A stretch of 64,000 nt of DNA from Paraspadella gotoi (Eukaryota; Animalia; Chaetognatha): contig CM119267.1 of assembly GCA_051294375.1 (NCBI GenBank), forward strand, positions 4,235,260 to 4,299,259. Reading direction: 5' to 3'. How positions within the stretch are numbered: position 1 is the first letter of the stretch; each line of letters opens with the position of its first letter. Below are positions 11,364 through 24,208 of this stretch, in pieces. Made by a program: the position numbers and the translations under genes. Below the pieces are notes generated by a model that was not told where the DNA came from, searched no databases, and worked only from the letters and a program-made list of their open reading frames with translations.

Positions 11364-13667
11364 ATGGGTAACGATCGCCGCGATAATTCAAAGAAAAAAG
11401 ACAGGTAATTTACAAATTTTACTTTGCCGGGAAATACTTGCAATGAATGCAACGAGTGGATTGCTTTTGGTATAATTCACAATAAATATCATTATTATAC
11501 CTACTTCTGTAAGGGATGATTATTTAATATGATCTTAAATGAGATTGAATCTCTCAATCGCTTTTTACATATTTATCTCTCAATCTCATTTACATATTTC
11601 GTTTAAAAGTTTCCCATTCACTGCGCAGATCCGAGACTCCGGAAAGGCGGAGAAATGGCAAAGGCCGCAAACGTCGGGTGGATTCCTCCTGCTCTTCTTC
11701 GCGATCTCGCTCCATCTCCGAATCCCGCCTTCGCAGCGACTCGAGGCAAAGATTGAGACGCCGAAAGTGGACGGATCGATCTCGATCTCGCTCCCGGCAT
11801 CGATCTCCGTCCGTCATTCGGTGAATTACTCGGCTAAATTTTACTTTCGCCGACCGCGGTTTTGGCGGCTTTTGAAAAACTATATGAAAAATATTTATTT
11901 AAAAAAAAAAATTATCTAATTACCCTAACCCTTATTACCCTTAACCCTAAACCACCCTTAAACTAGAGTCAAACTTTGTCAATGGGGTGGGTCAGAAGTT
12001 TGATTTGGGAACCTTCCCAAATGAAACTTCATACATTTCTGAGAAAACTTTCAATGAACCAAAATTTTCTAAAATGGCTAGAAGCACTAGTAATTAATTT
12101 TTTAATATTTATTTATAGATAGGAAATGTCAAAAATTTTATTGGACATTAATAATTCTATAATTCACTTTGTCGGTCCGTCAGTCCGCCCCCTTAATCCT
12201 GTCGGGCATTCACTTATATCATGTCAGAACATCAAATTATGATAAATTATTCAAAAAAAAGATGTCCGTCCGTCTGTTTGTCTGTCTGTTCGTCCGTCCC
12301 ACCTTAGCAAAAAACACCAATTACTCGTGATTGGATGGATGGATTGGAATGAAATTTTGTGTGTGGGTAGGGAAGTGTGTGATTGAGCTGGATATGAACT
12401 TTCGATGGAATCGTCTGAGTGGAAATGAGTTTAAATTAAAAAAATATGTTTCGCTATTTGAACTCATGAGTGGATGGGGCGATTGACTTGAAATTTTGTA
12501 TTTGGGTAAAAAAGTGTGTGATTAAGCTGGAAATCAAGTTTCGATGGAATCGTTTGAGTGAAAATGAGTTTAAATGGAAAAAACAAAGAACCTGTTTCAC
12601 TAATTGATTATGCTTCTTTTTCTTTTTATTTTAAATGTAAATGCAAGATGTATTAATTAATCAAATAATTAATCAATTAATTAATCAATTAGTCAATTAA
12701 TTAATCAATAATTAATTAATCAGTCAATTAATCAATCAAAACAAATATTTTGGATCAAATTAATTAATTGCCTAATTAATTAAATAATTAACTTGAATAA
12801 ATTAATTATTAATTAAATAATTAACTTGAATTAATTATTAATTAAAAAATAATTAATTAATTACCGATAATGATCGTGGGCAGTTACGACATTGTTTGCT
12901 CAAATTTGTTTATTTTTAAAAGCAGATTCAGATAGCTTTTAAAAAGTTGTCTACACAAAGTATAATTTTTTTTTTTAATATTTTGATGATAAGTGGGTCA
13001 AAATTGGGAAAAACCTGAAAAAAATTATCCTCATCATCATCATCCGATAATTTTAATAGTTTTTGCTCATTTTCAGTAACAAAACATCAAAATTTTAAAA
13101 AGTTGTAATTAGATTTTTTGCCTAACTTTTCGAGCTCTATCAGAATCAATTAAAAAAACCTAAAATATCCCCAAAAATTTTTTTACATTATATAGCCAAA
13201 TAATAATTTTAATTAGCGTTTTAAATACTTTAAATTTAAAGGAACGAGTAAAAAAAGGGAACATGGGATGTAATTATTACCTTGTTAATCCTTTTTCTCC
13301 ACATCTCTCCAGTCACCGTCCCGGATTCGATGATTACGAGTCCCCGCCAGAGAACGAGTGCCTGGGCGTGTTCAACCTCGACCCCCTCACCACTGAGCGC
13401 GAGCTGTACAACATCTTCAGTCGTTACGGCTCCGTTCGCGACGTCATGCTCGTCTTGGACCGAACCTCTGGCCGCAGCCGGGGATTCGGGTTCGTCTACA
13501 TGCGCGACGTGTCCTCGGCTCGAGAGGCGCGGCACCGCTGCGCCGGGATAGAAATTGACGGACGACGCGTTCGGGTCGATTACTCCGCCACCCGACGACC
13601 CCACTCGCCCACCCCGGGGATGTACATGGGCAGACCCACGCTCTACGCGAGGGATCGATTCCGTTAG
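11364..13667 (+). CDS. TRA2: Transformer-2-like SR/RRM splicing factor (N-terminal RS region, RRM, linker; no C-terminal RS domain)
   Basis: Exons approx. 11364-11404, 11629-11820 (SRSRS repeats), 13312-13667: CLGVFNL..TTERELYNIFSRYG...GRSRGFGFVY...IDGRRVRVDYSATRRPHSPTPGMYMGRPT, the Tra2-specific RRM and linker. Confidence 0.85.
12110..12915 (+). mobile_element. Non-autonomous Helentron/DINE-1(HINE)-like element, copy 1
   Basis: Collinear with 17683-18340 (shared cactttgtcgg..., ccaccttagcaaaaaacaccaattactcgtgattggatgga..., end acattgtttgctc...ttgtttattt); (GTCY)n microsatellite at ~12264-12299; AT-rich (AATT/AATC) tract. Confidence 0.6.
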
Positions 13668-13914
13668 ACGAATTGTTCCGTCGGGTGGAGGGAAAGGAGG
13701 GAGGCGTCAACACGGAAGAAGTCTCCAAGAAATTCGCTGGCGACGATGATAAAAACCAGTTGGGTTCTCCCCATTCCGCTACCACGCAATCAATTAATTC
13801 GTTTTTCTTGTGATCAATGATCGGTTTTATCGTCGGGTAAAAAAAATAGTATGTACTATGTAACTATTAGTTATCTTTTAATTAGATATATTTATGAAAC
13901 TAAAAAAGGGAACT

Positions 13915-16900
13915 ATGCTCGTCTCCGAAAATAACATTTTCAAACCGGACGTGATGGTGGTGAACGTCGTCGAGAGCGACGGCGCTACGTGGGTGGCGGA
14001 AGTTCAACGGACGATCACCGTGGAAAAGATGAAGCTGTTGGCGATCACTCACGCCACATCCCACCACAGCATCAACAGGTTGCGAGAAGAGAAGTAGAAA
14101 ATCTCAACCAAATACTCGACTTTTTTTTTTCCTTTAAGTTTCTCGTCTTCGCCGACGTCGTCGGTGACGTCTCTTCTCTTCAAACTGATCCACGCGCAGA
14201 CGGGGCGAGCCTTGACGGACAGCGCCGCCAGTCTCGCCCAAGAGGGTGTGCTCGACGGCGATGAGCTGCTCATGGTGCGCGAGCGTCGGCCTCCGCTCGC
14301 TTCGCTGCAAGTAAAATAGCGCCTGAAATGTTTTTGTTAATTTGTGTTTGCGTTTTTTTGTGTTCATATATAATTATTTGAAATATTATACCACTTCATT
14401 GATAGGGAAGCCAGGTTCACTGGGAGTGAATAAATAAGACTGTGAGAGAGTCTTGATTGAAAGCTTGCAGAAACCTGCTATGTTATTATCTTGTAAGTGT
14501 GATGGAGGCCTTTAACCACCAAAGCCTGTCCAAAGTCAGTGACAAGATAGCTTATTTATTAAATGAATGGATAATTTTTATATTGGTTGTACCAATTTCA
14601 TATATTTGGAAGAGGAAATAAAATTTAAAAAGATAAATAAGGATAAATAAAAATAATAATAGACGAGAATCTCGCTTAAAAAAAAATTCAACATTTTTCT
14701 AATAGAGAATTCCGTTTAAATCTGACTACCCAAATTGCAAACGCGGTTAAAAAATACTTGTAAAAACGCACGATTCCGAGAGCGTTACATCTGAAGAGCT
14801 TGTCCTATTCGTTTTATGGCATTTGATAAAGGATTTAATATCAAACAAGCCAGGGGAAATGCACTACTCATCTCCGGAGAATTTTCAAACCTCATTTTTA
14901 CTATAGAAATGAAAGGGAAAGTTTACAAACTTAAAATTGCAAACGGGATTGCTATATGTTCCTGTTACATGAGCAACTTCGAATTTCGCGATTCTGATAG
15001 CTTTGTGTTTGAAGAGCTTGTCCTATTTTTCTTTTTTTATTTTATAATGATTTTGACATAAAATGATCAGGTTTAAATGAAATAGTCCGGTTTGAATCGC
15101 GAAATTTTTATTTAAAAAGAAATTAAAAGGAAGGTTGAGAAAAAACTGATTTTTTCTAATATCTTTTGAAGGAATAAAGATAAAGGGATGGTAATAGTAC
15201 CAAAATGAAGCCATAATCATAGGGCACATACAAGATACAATTTTAAAATTACTTATGCTGAAACCTCCTTACAGGGTGAGTGTCAAACTAAGTCAAAATT
15301 ATAATGAATTTTAAAACTAATGAAACCCCATAAGAATAAATAAAATTTAATTCTTTTTAATGATTCTGAAAGAAAAAAGGCTAAATTGTACTCTAGTAAA
15401 ACTTTAAAGTTTTTTGGATAAAGAAAATGTGAATTTTTTGTCACTTAAATATTTGCTTGTCTGATTTTACAAGCATGCTTACAAAATTCTACAAAATATT
15501 ATTCACCCCATCAAAGCGTAAGTATTTATCTTTCTTTTCCACCAGCAAAAAGTAAACATTATTTTATGCTAGAGAACAGGGATGTTTACTGAGATGAGCC
15601 GGAAGACATTCAACTTCTTCACTTTACTGTCATTTTTCAATAATAAAATAGGCGAATTTTTTAATTATTTAACTCTCACAGGCTTCACCAGACATTATAC
15701 TTTCATAATATCCCAATGTTAATGTAATTTATTATATTTTTTACCCAAAAATCTTAAAATAACAGAAAGTTGTGGATTCCCTTCGCTCGTTTAAGAAAAA
15801 AAAATTAACTAGCGGAATTATAAGTTTGTAAGAGGAAGTCAGAATCGGCGAAAATCTTGAAAATCTTGAAAAAAAGGGGTGGAATTTTTATGGGTTTCCT
15901 AAGATTTCTCCACAATGTGAGGTCCGATTAAAGCGAAACTTGAGATTTACAATATTCCCGTCATTCCACATCTATCGATATAAAAATATAAGAAAAAAGT
16001 CACTGGCTTCTTTTTCAATAACGGCTTCCTAATAATAAGAAAAATAACATTAGAAATAAAAATAAAGGGCGAAAACCAGCCTTCCTAGATATATCACCAG
16101 AAAATTTTTTTTTTCCTAAGGGTAGAGCCTGCTAATGTAAGGGAACACTTATGTCAAAATATTTTAAAATGCTTTTTTTTTTGTGAAAAATATTTATTAG
16201 ATTATCCTAAAACTTCGTTGTCAGGAAACTACGAGTTCGGCGACCGAAGCGGCGCCCGGAAAAGACGCCATCGTCGCCGCCACAGCAAAACTGGAAGTGC
16301 GCAATCAGGACAACGGCGATTCCACGGCCGGTCCGACGCCGCTCGACTTCCAGGCGGAACTTCCGAGGCGAGTCGGCGTTCGAAGCTGAAGACTTGGCGG
16401 CTTCGACTCAAAACTTAACTTTTCTCTTTCAGGATTTTGGTCTCGTTGATCGAGTCCGCCCAAAGAATTCTTTGCCTGAGCAAAGAGGCCAACGAACTTT
16501 TCGACATTCAGACTCAGTTGGCGGAAGAGTTGAAAGAGAACGAAGAGCCTGAACCGGTGCCAACAGAACCAGGTGGGTCATTTACTCATTTAGTCTCTCA
16601 ATTAAAATTGAAAATTAAGTTTTGATATCCATTTTAATTTCAGATCCATTCGTTGTAAACGAAGAGCTTCTCGGTCAGCTGAAAGACATGGGCTTTCCCG
16701 ACGATCTCTCGCGCGCGGCGTTAAAGAGAACGAATAACGACGCCCTCATGGCGATGGACTGGCTCCTCGACTGCGACAAGATTCAAACCCTTCGCCGAGT
16801 TCGCCTCATGTTTTCAACGGGACGACGCGGCAAGGCCAGCGACCTCGAAGACGACGAAGACGCCGCCACGCCCATCAGCTCTCCTTCGCCCAGCGCTCAG

Positions 16901-19900
16901 GGAAGCTTTAGCGTCGCCGACGTGACGACCGACGAGACGGACGACGCCGACGTTGGCGACGACGTCGTCGAAGGCGAGGATTCCGGCCTGGGCGCCACGG
17001 CGCCGTCTCCTCACCCGTCGTCACCGTCTTCGCCACCCCCGGCGCCAGCTCAATCGCAGCAGTGTTCACCGGTGAGAAATATGTTTGTATATTTTTAAGT
17101 TTACTGTAAAAAAAACTATTGTTATTCTCCTCATTATATCTGAAATAAAAAATTTAAAGATCTCGTTATTTTAAAATGTGAGTGTTGATGAATTTAGAAG
17201 GAGACAATGTGACCACCAAAGAAAAACTTTTAATATTACTTTAAGCCATTAACAAATTTTCAAGAGAATATTTCTGTTCTGAAATCGAGTTCGATCGACT
17301 CGAGGACTGCTCTCGAGATTAACAAAAACATGCTCACGAACATTAGCACGATGCACCAAGAATGAATGCGCCCTCTAACCACGCCCTTTTGAGTCAAGTA
17401 TATAAAGGCCAATGAGCTGGGGGGGGGGAAGCCGATTAGCGTTTCGCACCGCTTAAAAAAAGTTTCAAATGTCCAAACCTGAAAACGATCGAGCCTATGT
17501 GAAGAAGCAAGAGAAGTCCTGTGTATTGTTGGGTTGTATATTTATTATTAATGTCCTGTTGAAAAATATATATGACGATGTCTGCCACTAGACCAACGAG
17601 GAGCGCGAAAACCGCAGCGTTTGAGATCCACAGAAAAACATGAAACTTGGTCGAACCTGATGGTGACGTGGTTAAATCTTGTATTTTTAATCGGATCTGC
17701 TTATCAGCAGATCCCGACTCTATAATCCACTTTGTCGGTGCGCCCCCTCAATCTTGTCGGGCATTCACTTCAGAACATCGAATTATGATAAATTAAGCAA
17801 AAAAAATGTCCGTCCCACCTTAGCAAAAAACACCAATTACTCGTGATTGGATGGATTGGAATACATTTTTGTATGTGGGACCCACATTGTGGTTAGGAAA
17901 GTGTGTGATTAAGCTGGAAATCAAGTTTCGATGGAATCGTGTGAGTGGAAATGAGTCTAAATATACAAAACAAAAAACCTGTTTCATTAATTGATTGTTT
18001 CTTTTTTTTGTATTAAATGTAAATGCAAAATGTATTAATTAGTCAAATAATTAATCAATTAGTCAATAAATTAATCAATAAAAAAATCAATTAATCATTT
18101 AATCAATTTATTTATTAATTAATTATTCAATCAATCAATCAATCAAGTTAATCATTATCGGCATTATTGTCGTCGTCGCCATCGTCATTGCTTTTGTCGT
18201 GGTTCGTGACGACCTTAAAACCTCACCTTAAAACAAACATTTTGTATCAAATTAATTAATTAACTTGAATTAATTAATTAATTAATAGCGCGCTAATGAT
18301 CCTGGGCAGATCCTACATTGTTTGCTCCAACTTGTTTATTTACTTCGGGGAGAAAAAGACCCTTAGTTATTTTCTACCGACAATTCTCGTGTCCTGTATA
18401 ACTGGAGCGTAATATTCCTTTAGGCAATCACTATAGTGTAAGGAGTCCTGCTCGATAATAGCGACAAGTCGTCGAAAAGTACCGACCCTGAAAAAGTAGT
18501 TTTTCTTTAAATCTTTGAAATAATTTTGTTGAATAATGAATATATATTAAAGGTTAGCATTAGCTGTAATTACGAGCAGACTATATGAGTGTTAGGAATT
18601 CCAATGAATTTTTTTGTGCTTGTTCTCGTCGACAATTTTTCTTCTTTTCTTTTGCAACATCTACGTCTTAATAAGCAATGGCAATGTTGGTAAAATTTTA
18701 ATAATTATTAGATAGTATAAATGATCACCTACAACAGATCCAGTTTCGTCTCAGTCGAGCAGCGTCTTTTTCACGTTTTGATTTAATGTTAATCTGGAAA
18801 TAAAAAGTTCTTAAATTAATTTATTAAATTTTGCAGTTTATGATGTTAATTTAATATTAAAGCCTAAATTTCGTAACAATTAAGAACTTTGGTATCGAGG
18901 ACTCGACCAAAACTTTTTTCTTCCGCAAAGTCCGATTCGCTTTCCACAGTCACGACCACATTCCATCCTTGGAGTCATAAGTGTTCTTTTAATATTTATT
19001 TATTATCGATAAGTCGATAGTCATTATAATAAAGTATGATTAAAAATAATTATAGATTATTGACCTGGGGCTTGTTTAGCATAAAGCTCTGCCGATTCGA
19101 TGGCTTTTCGCTTATTTTCTGCTTTTGTCTTCTTTTTCTCGAGGATAACGAAAGAATTTTCCTTAATGTGTCTCCATCTTTCTTTGCTTTTCTTACTAGA
19201 CGACTTGCGAAATTATCGTTTGAGAATGAGATAGCTTTATTGGTGAGATTTCATTTCATTTCATCAATTTACCAAATTTTCATTTACATCCCTAATGATT
19301 GTAGAATTAAAGAAGTGCATTTTTTCCCCCGCGAAATGAATATATCCCGTCCGTAGAAATTTATTTTAATGGGTAAGTTTAAAAAATAATCATTATTCCT
19401 AATATAATATTTTTTTTAAAAATTCAGGAAGGAACTTGCAACTCGCAATACACGACGTTTCGATCAGTTTCGGAAATCTTACAATTGTATCGACTTTACA
19501 AACGAAAGACTTTCAACCCGAATCTCCGGGCGATGCAGGTGACTTTTTCCTTTTCACTCATCCTCCTTTCTCTTAATCGTTAAACGGAAATCTATTGCTC
19601 TTTTATTTTTATTAATTAACCAAAGACCCTGATGGAAATGGGTTTTTTGGAGAAGGAAGTCCAGGACGCCCTCAGGATACACAACAACAACCAAAGCGCG
19701 GCCTGCGATTGGCTACTGGGCGATCGGACCCCCCGGGCCTTCGGCGATACCGACGAACTCGAGGGGTTGGAGCGCGGTTCTTCCCTCTACGAGGCCGTCA
19801 TGAACAACCCCATCGTACAAATGGGTCTCAACAACACGAGATGCCTTCACGCCTTTCTCAACATGCTGGAGAATCCCGGGACCACCACGCAGTATTTGAA

Positions 19901-20448
19901 CGACTCCGAGGTGAGAAGGCAGAGTGGATCGACGGGGAAGGAAAGGATCTCTAAGTCACTTTCTCCCTTCGTAGGTCGGTCCCGTTCTCCTCCAAGTCTC
20001 TCGCATCTACCACGCAGAGAAGCACGGCATCGCCCCGCCCTCCCGACCCAATTGCTTCGAGGCGCCCAATCCCAGCGCCCACCATCATCACCACCATCAC
20101 CACTCGCACAACTCCACCCACGGCCACTCTCACGCTCCCTCACGATCCTCTTCCCAAAACGCCCAGCATCATCACCATCACCATCATCATCATCATCACC
20201 ATCACTCCTCTCACGGCCACACTCACTCTGGTCACGCTCACTTGGCGCACGGTCACTCGCACCAGCGACACTCCCACGCAGTTCCCGCCTCGTGGCCATG
20301 TCCCGCGCGTCACGACCACGCCCAGCGACAACGCGGTTCCGGCGCAAACGAGACCGCTTCCGCCGACGCCGGTCACACGACGCGGAGGGACGCAGCAGCA
20401 GCAGCGGCAGAGACGGACAGCGATCCCTCGGACGAGTCGCAAAGTTGA
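13915..20448 (+). CDS. UBAC1: UBA-domain-containing protein 1 (KPC2): UBL-UBA-UBA-STI1 with a His-rich C-terminal extension
   Basis: MLVSENNIF..ESDGATW..TVEKMK, FKLIHAQTGRAL, DFQAELPR|ILVSLIESAQRIL, UBA LKDMGFP...AMDWLL, UBA2 LMEMGF..VQDALRIHNNNQSAACDWLLGDR, STI1 NNPIVQMGLNN...MLENP...YLNDSE|VGPVLLQVSRIY. Confidence 0.9.
14480..14607 (+). repeat. Dispersed repeat, copy 2 (UBAC1 intron)
   Basis: 14503-14607 matches 1203-1307; the upstream gttattatcttgtaagtgtga matches the reverse copy at ~33500-33520. Confidence 0.8.
17683..18340 (+). mobile_element. Non-autonomous Helentron/DINE-1(HINE)-like element, copy 2
   Basis: 5' hairpin ggatctgc-ttatca-gcagatcc (17693-17714); gcagatcc recurs near the 3' end (18306-18313); ends aacttgttt in a T-rich context; body is homologous to 12110-12915. 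Confidence 0.65.
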
Positions 20449-21733
20449 AACGGTCAAGTTTCTCGAACGAAAGGGGAAAGCAAAGGCGATGAGATCGAGT
20501 TGACCTTTCTACGAGTCCTAACACATGTCTCTATTTTCCCTCGGGGCTTCCCCACCTCTCTCTCTCTCTCCCCCCTTTTCTCCCTCCCTCCCTTTTCTCC
20601 CTCGCCTCTCTCTGTCCTGAAAGCTTTTGTCGATTCAGCCAGATTTTCTTCGTCATGCCATTCCAAAATCTCGGTTCCATTTACTATTGACTATCACGAA
20701 AAAGCTCGATGTGGTCATTCCAAATGCGTCCTTTTTTAAGTTTCCTCATCTTTTGGCCGGCGGTCTTTTTTTTCTCTCTCTCTCTCTTCAGCTTCTTTAA
20801 CTTGCATTTTTCATTTTCTGTCCGTCAAGATCATTCTTGGGAGCCGTGAAACTTTTTATTCGGTCTTGATCGGGAGTTTGTCTGGAACTTGGGATTTTTT
20901 TTTGTGCGGCTCATTTTATTTAATCTCTGAATGACAGAGAGACACGCTTCATGTTTAATACAGTCCTAACTCGTTTTGGAGCGAGGTCTCGAGAATTATA
21001 AATTATAATATGCCGAAATTATATCGAGAGGGGAAAAAAATTAATAGGACCGAAAATGACCTTGGTTGCGCCTATCAAATCCTTACTTTTCGTTGATTGG
21101 TGGAATCGTGGCATCGAAGCCGTCTCATGATTGGAGCAAATTTGCCGACTGTGCACCTTTATTCGTTCCGATTGGTTCTCAGCCCTTCTCGTTTTTCATC
21201 GCTGCCGCGGCTGCGCTGCGTCGCCGATGCCGCTTTAAAATCTTCTCCCTCTGCACGGTTCTAGAAAAAGGCATCTCCTGGAAAAGAAGCGCTCAGTATA
21301 TGTTGCGAATGAACGACGACGACGACGACAACCACAACGACGCACCGTGACGTCACGTTGCCCAGTTGAAGAGGATTAATACTATTTACCTTAACTAAAA
21401 AATAAAAAATGCAATGTCTACTGAACGGTGTCTCTTTTAACAAGAAAAATACTTGTTTTTTTTTAAATTTGTCTTTCTTCACTCCTTTTTTGTTTCCCCC
21501 CCCCACCTGTCCCTTCTTTCAAACATGTGCACTAGACACCAACTCATAGCTGTATTATTGCGATTGGTTTATTTATTCCTCCTGTAATTGTAAAATGTGA
21601 AAATAATTGGCAATTATGTGATTCCTTGTACTTCTTCGTTCGATTGAAAGCAAGTCATCTGGTCAATAAACTCGTGAATCATTTATCAAGTCTTATTTCT
21701 ATTTAGTTTCAGTTCTAAAACTAAAAAAAAAAA

Positions 21734-21938
21734 ATGTTTCACGTTTTGAACACGACGCCTCCTTTCCTCGATCGGGAGGAAAGGATCGTCGACTCGACTC
21801 ACGAGTTTCCCGACGACGACGGTGGTTCCTCCATTTGTCCCGTTCGTTCCGACAGGTACTAATTTGTTTAATTGGTCGGATTTTTTTTTTTCAAACATCG
21901 ATGAGAATCTGTCGATGTGATCGGGCGCGTTTGAGCTA

Positions 21939-21970
<32 letters not shown>

Positions 21971-23106
21971 TGTCTTTACATTTCCAAGCTTGACCGACCT
22001 GTCTTGGTTGACGCTGTCGTCAGAAAATTGGTTTCCAGAGCTAACTCTTACAGATAGCGAGGAGTCGTTGCCGCAGAATTCCGCCGAGACAGAAAGAGTT
22101 GAGGAAGAAGCCGACGTCAAGCCGATCTTAGACGGTGCAACGGTTAAGACAGAGCCCACCGAATATTGTAAATGCTTGTGGGGGGGGGGAGAATTGCTTG
22201 GTAATTCTATCTTTTTTGAGTTGGGAATCTCTTTATCCGCGGGCGCAGATTCGCCGGACCCATCGACTTCTCGACCATCGTCGTCTCCACCGATGGTGAT
22301 CGTGTCTCGCCCGCCCTTCTCCTACGTCCACCTCATCCTGATGGCCATCAACTCGTCCCCGGATAAAAAGATGACCCTGAGAGAGATGTACGCCTGGATC
22401 CAGCATCATTTTCCCTTTTACAAAGCTGCCACGCAGGCACGGGGGAAAAAAAATCACCTTTTCATTCTTTATACTTCTTTTATTAAAAAAAAAAAGAAGA
22501 AAATTCCGTGAAATCGTCGAATTAAATTAAAACACTTCTCGTCTTGACCGAGTCTCATTTCTTGGACATTTGCCATTGAATGATTTCAAATCTTCTCAGG
22601 GATGGAAAAACGCCATTCGTCACAGTTTGTCCTGTTACGCGGCCTTCGTTCGTGTCAGCAGCGGGAGTAACGGCGGCCACTGGACTTTCGACATGTCGCG
22701 CAATGTTCATCCAACCAAAAAAAGCCTCAAACCTCAAATTCTCAGTTTCTACCAAAAAGTATAACGCTTTAACGTAAATTTTTTAGTTTTTTACCTTTAA
22801 AATGGTGATTGGCCGAATCTCCTAACCGCTTCAGATCTCGCGAGAAAACTCAAACTTTCGTTCCGCGGAACCATTCGCTGCTGGAGTGAGCTTGGCTTCG
22901 TTAAACTTGCGTCAGCAGCGCCATACTCATCACTCTCACCCGCCCTACCCATGCGTCCAAGGTTGGAAATGCTTCAAGTTTAAGCCATTTTTTAAAAGTC
23001 TTCGAATCAATTCCTTTTTTCTTTTTGCTTAGTAAATGGGACGTGCCTCTTCGATCCAAATGACAAGGGCGATCCGCTTCACGCCATCGCCGAAGAAATT
23101 GTCTAG
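21734..23106 (+). CDS. Forkhead-box transcription factor (FoxJ/FoxN-like clade, divergent)
   Basis: DSLTDLSWL motif; [38 protein letters not shown]...|[19 protein letters not shown]...GGHWT. Exons approx. 21734-21855, 21989-22167, 22249-22436, 22600-22758, 22835-22961, 23033-23106. Confidence 0.82.
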
Positions 23107-23309
23107 ATCTTTCGCCCACTCTGTTTAATGCTCCTTCCACGAAACTTTCATTTTCCTTTATTTCCCTCATGCTAAACCCATTGACTTGATTTATCATTGT
23201 TCCAAAAAATAACGAGGATTTTTTTTTTTTCGTTCTCGTTGAATGCCAAATTTGTTCTCCCCCCTCATGCGATCTTATTCAAAGTCTTAAAGAGGATTCG
23301 AGGACGGTT

Positions 23310-23871
23310 ATGGACATTAAGCATAACCCGTTCGCCCCCGGCATCGTCATGACGGCCGGGGGCATCGACTACCTCAAGATGCCCGTCGGACTCGTGCAAG
23401 GTCCCAACGGAGAGCTCATCCCTGCCGGGGGAGGCCATCCCACCATCGGTGATGAGGTTGAACGTTGAAGGCGTCGTTGGGCGTTAAATTCAATTCCCGC
23501 CCTCTTTTCTTTTTTCTCCCCGGAAAATAGTGCACACCGTTGGTTCCGCGGGTGGACACATCGCCGTCATGCAGGCCGGCACCATCAACATACCCGGTTC
23601 GTTGAGACTCTTTCATTAGTAATTATTGGGATATGCAAATTAAGAACTTTAAATTACGGTGACCCTTTTCAGCCCACATGGGAAAGGTAGTGGCCACATC
23701 CGGCGGCGCTCTCCCCGCGACCGTCACCGTCGTCCCCGCCGCGGGAATCCCCAATCCCATCGTCCATTCGATCAACGAGGTCGCCACCGGCAAGGAGGGT
23801 CAGGCTCCGGCGGTCGCCAATTCTCCGGCAGCCGGTGAATAAATAAATAAATAAATAATAATAATAATATA

Positions 23872-23904
<33 letters not shown>

Positions 23905-23956
23905 TAAATAAATAAATCAGGCTCCGGCGGTCACCAATTCTCCGGCAGCCGGTGAA

Positions 23957-23987
<31 letters not shown>

Positions 23988-24175
23988 TATAAATAATAAA
24001 TAATAAATAAATCAGGCTCCGGCGGTCACCAATTCTCCGGCAGCCGGTGAATAAATAAATAAATAAATAATAAATAAATAATAATTATAATAATAAATAA
24101 TAAATAAATAAATCAGGCTCGCGGTCACCAATTCTCCGGCAGCCGGTGAATAAATAAATAAATAAATAATAAATA

Positions 24176-24208
<33 letters not shown>

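Noticed and set aside
11917-11962. Telomere-like CCCTAA tract
   Set aside because: Only about two perfect units in a degenerate run; too weak to call.
14793-15030. Direct repeat gaagagcttgtcctatt and a nearby tacagggtg mariner-like end
   Set aside because: No matching second terminus or transposase; probably decayed repeat fragments.
19847-20524. 225-aa minus-strand ORF and the 286-aa + ORF extension
   Set aside because: Shadow frames of the GC-rich UBAC1 last exon; the spliced frame gives the conserved VGPVLLQ motif.
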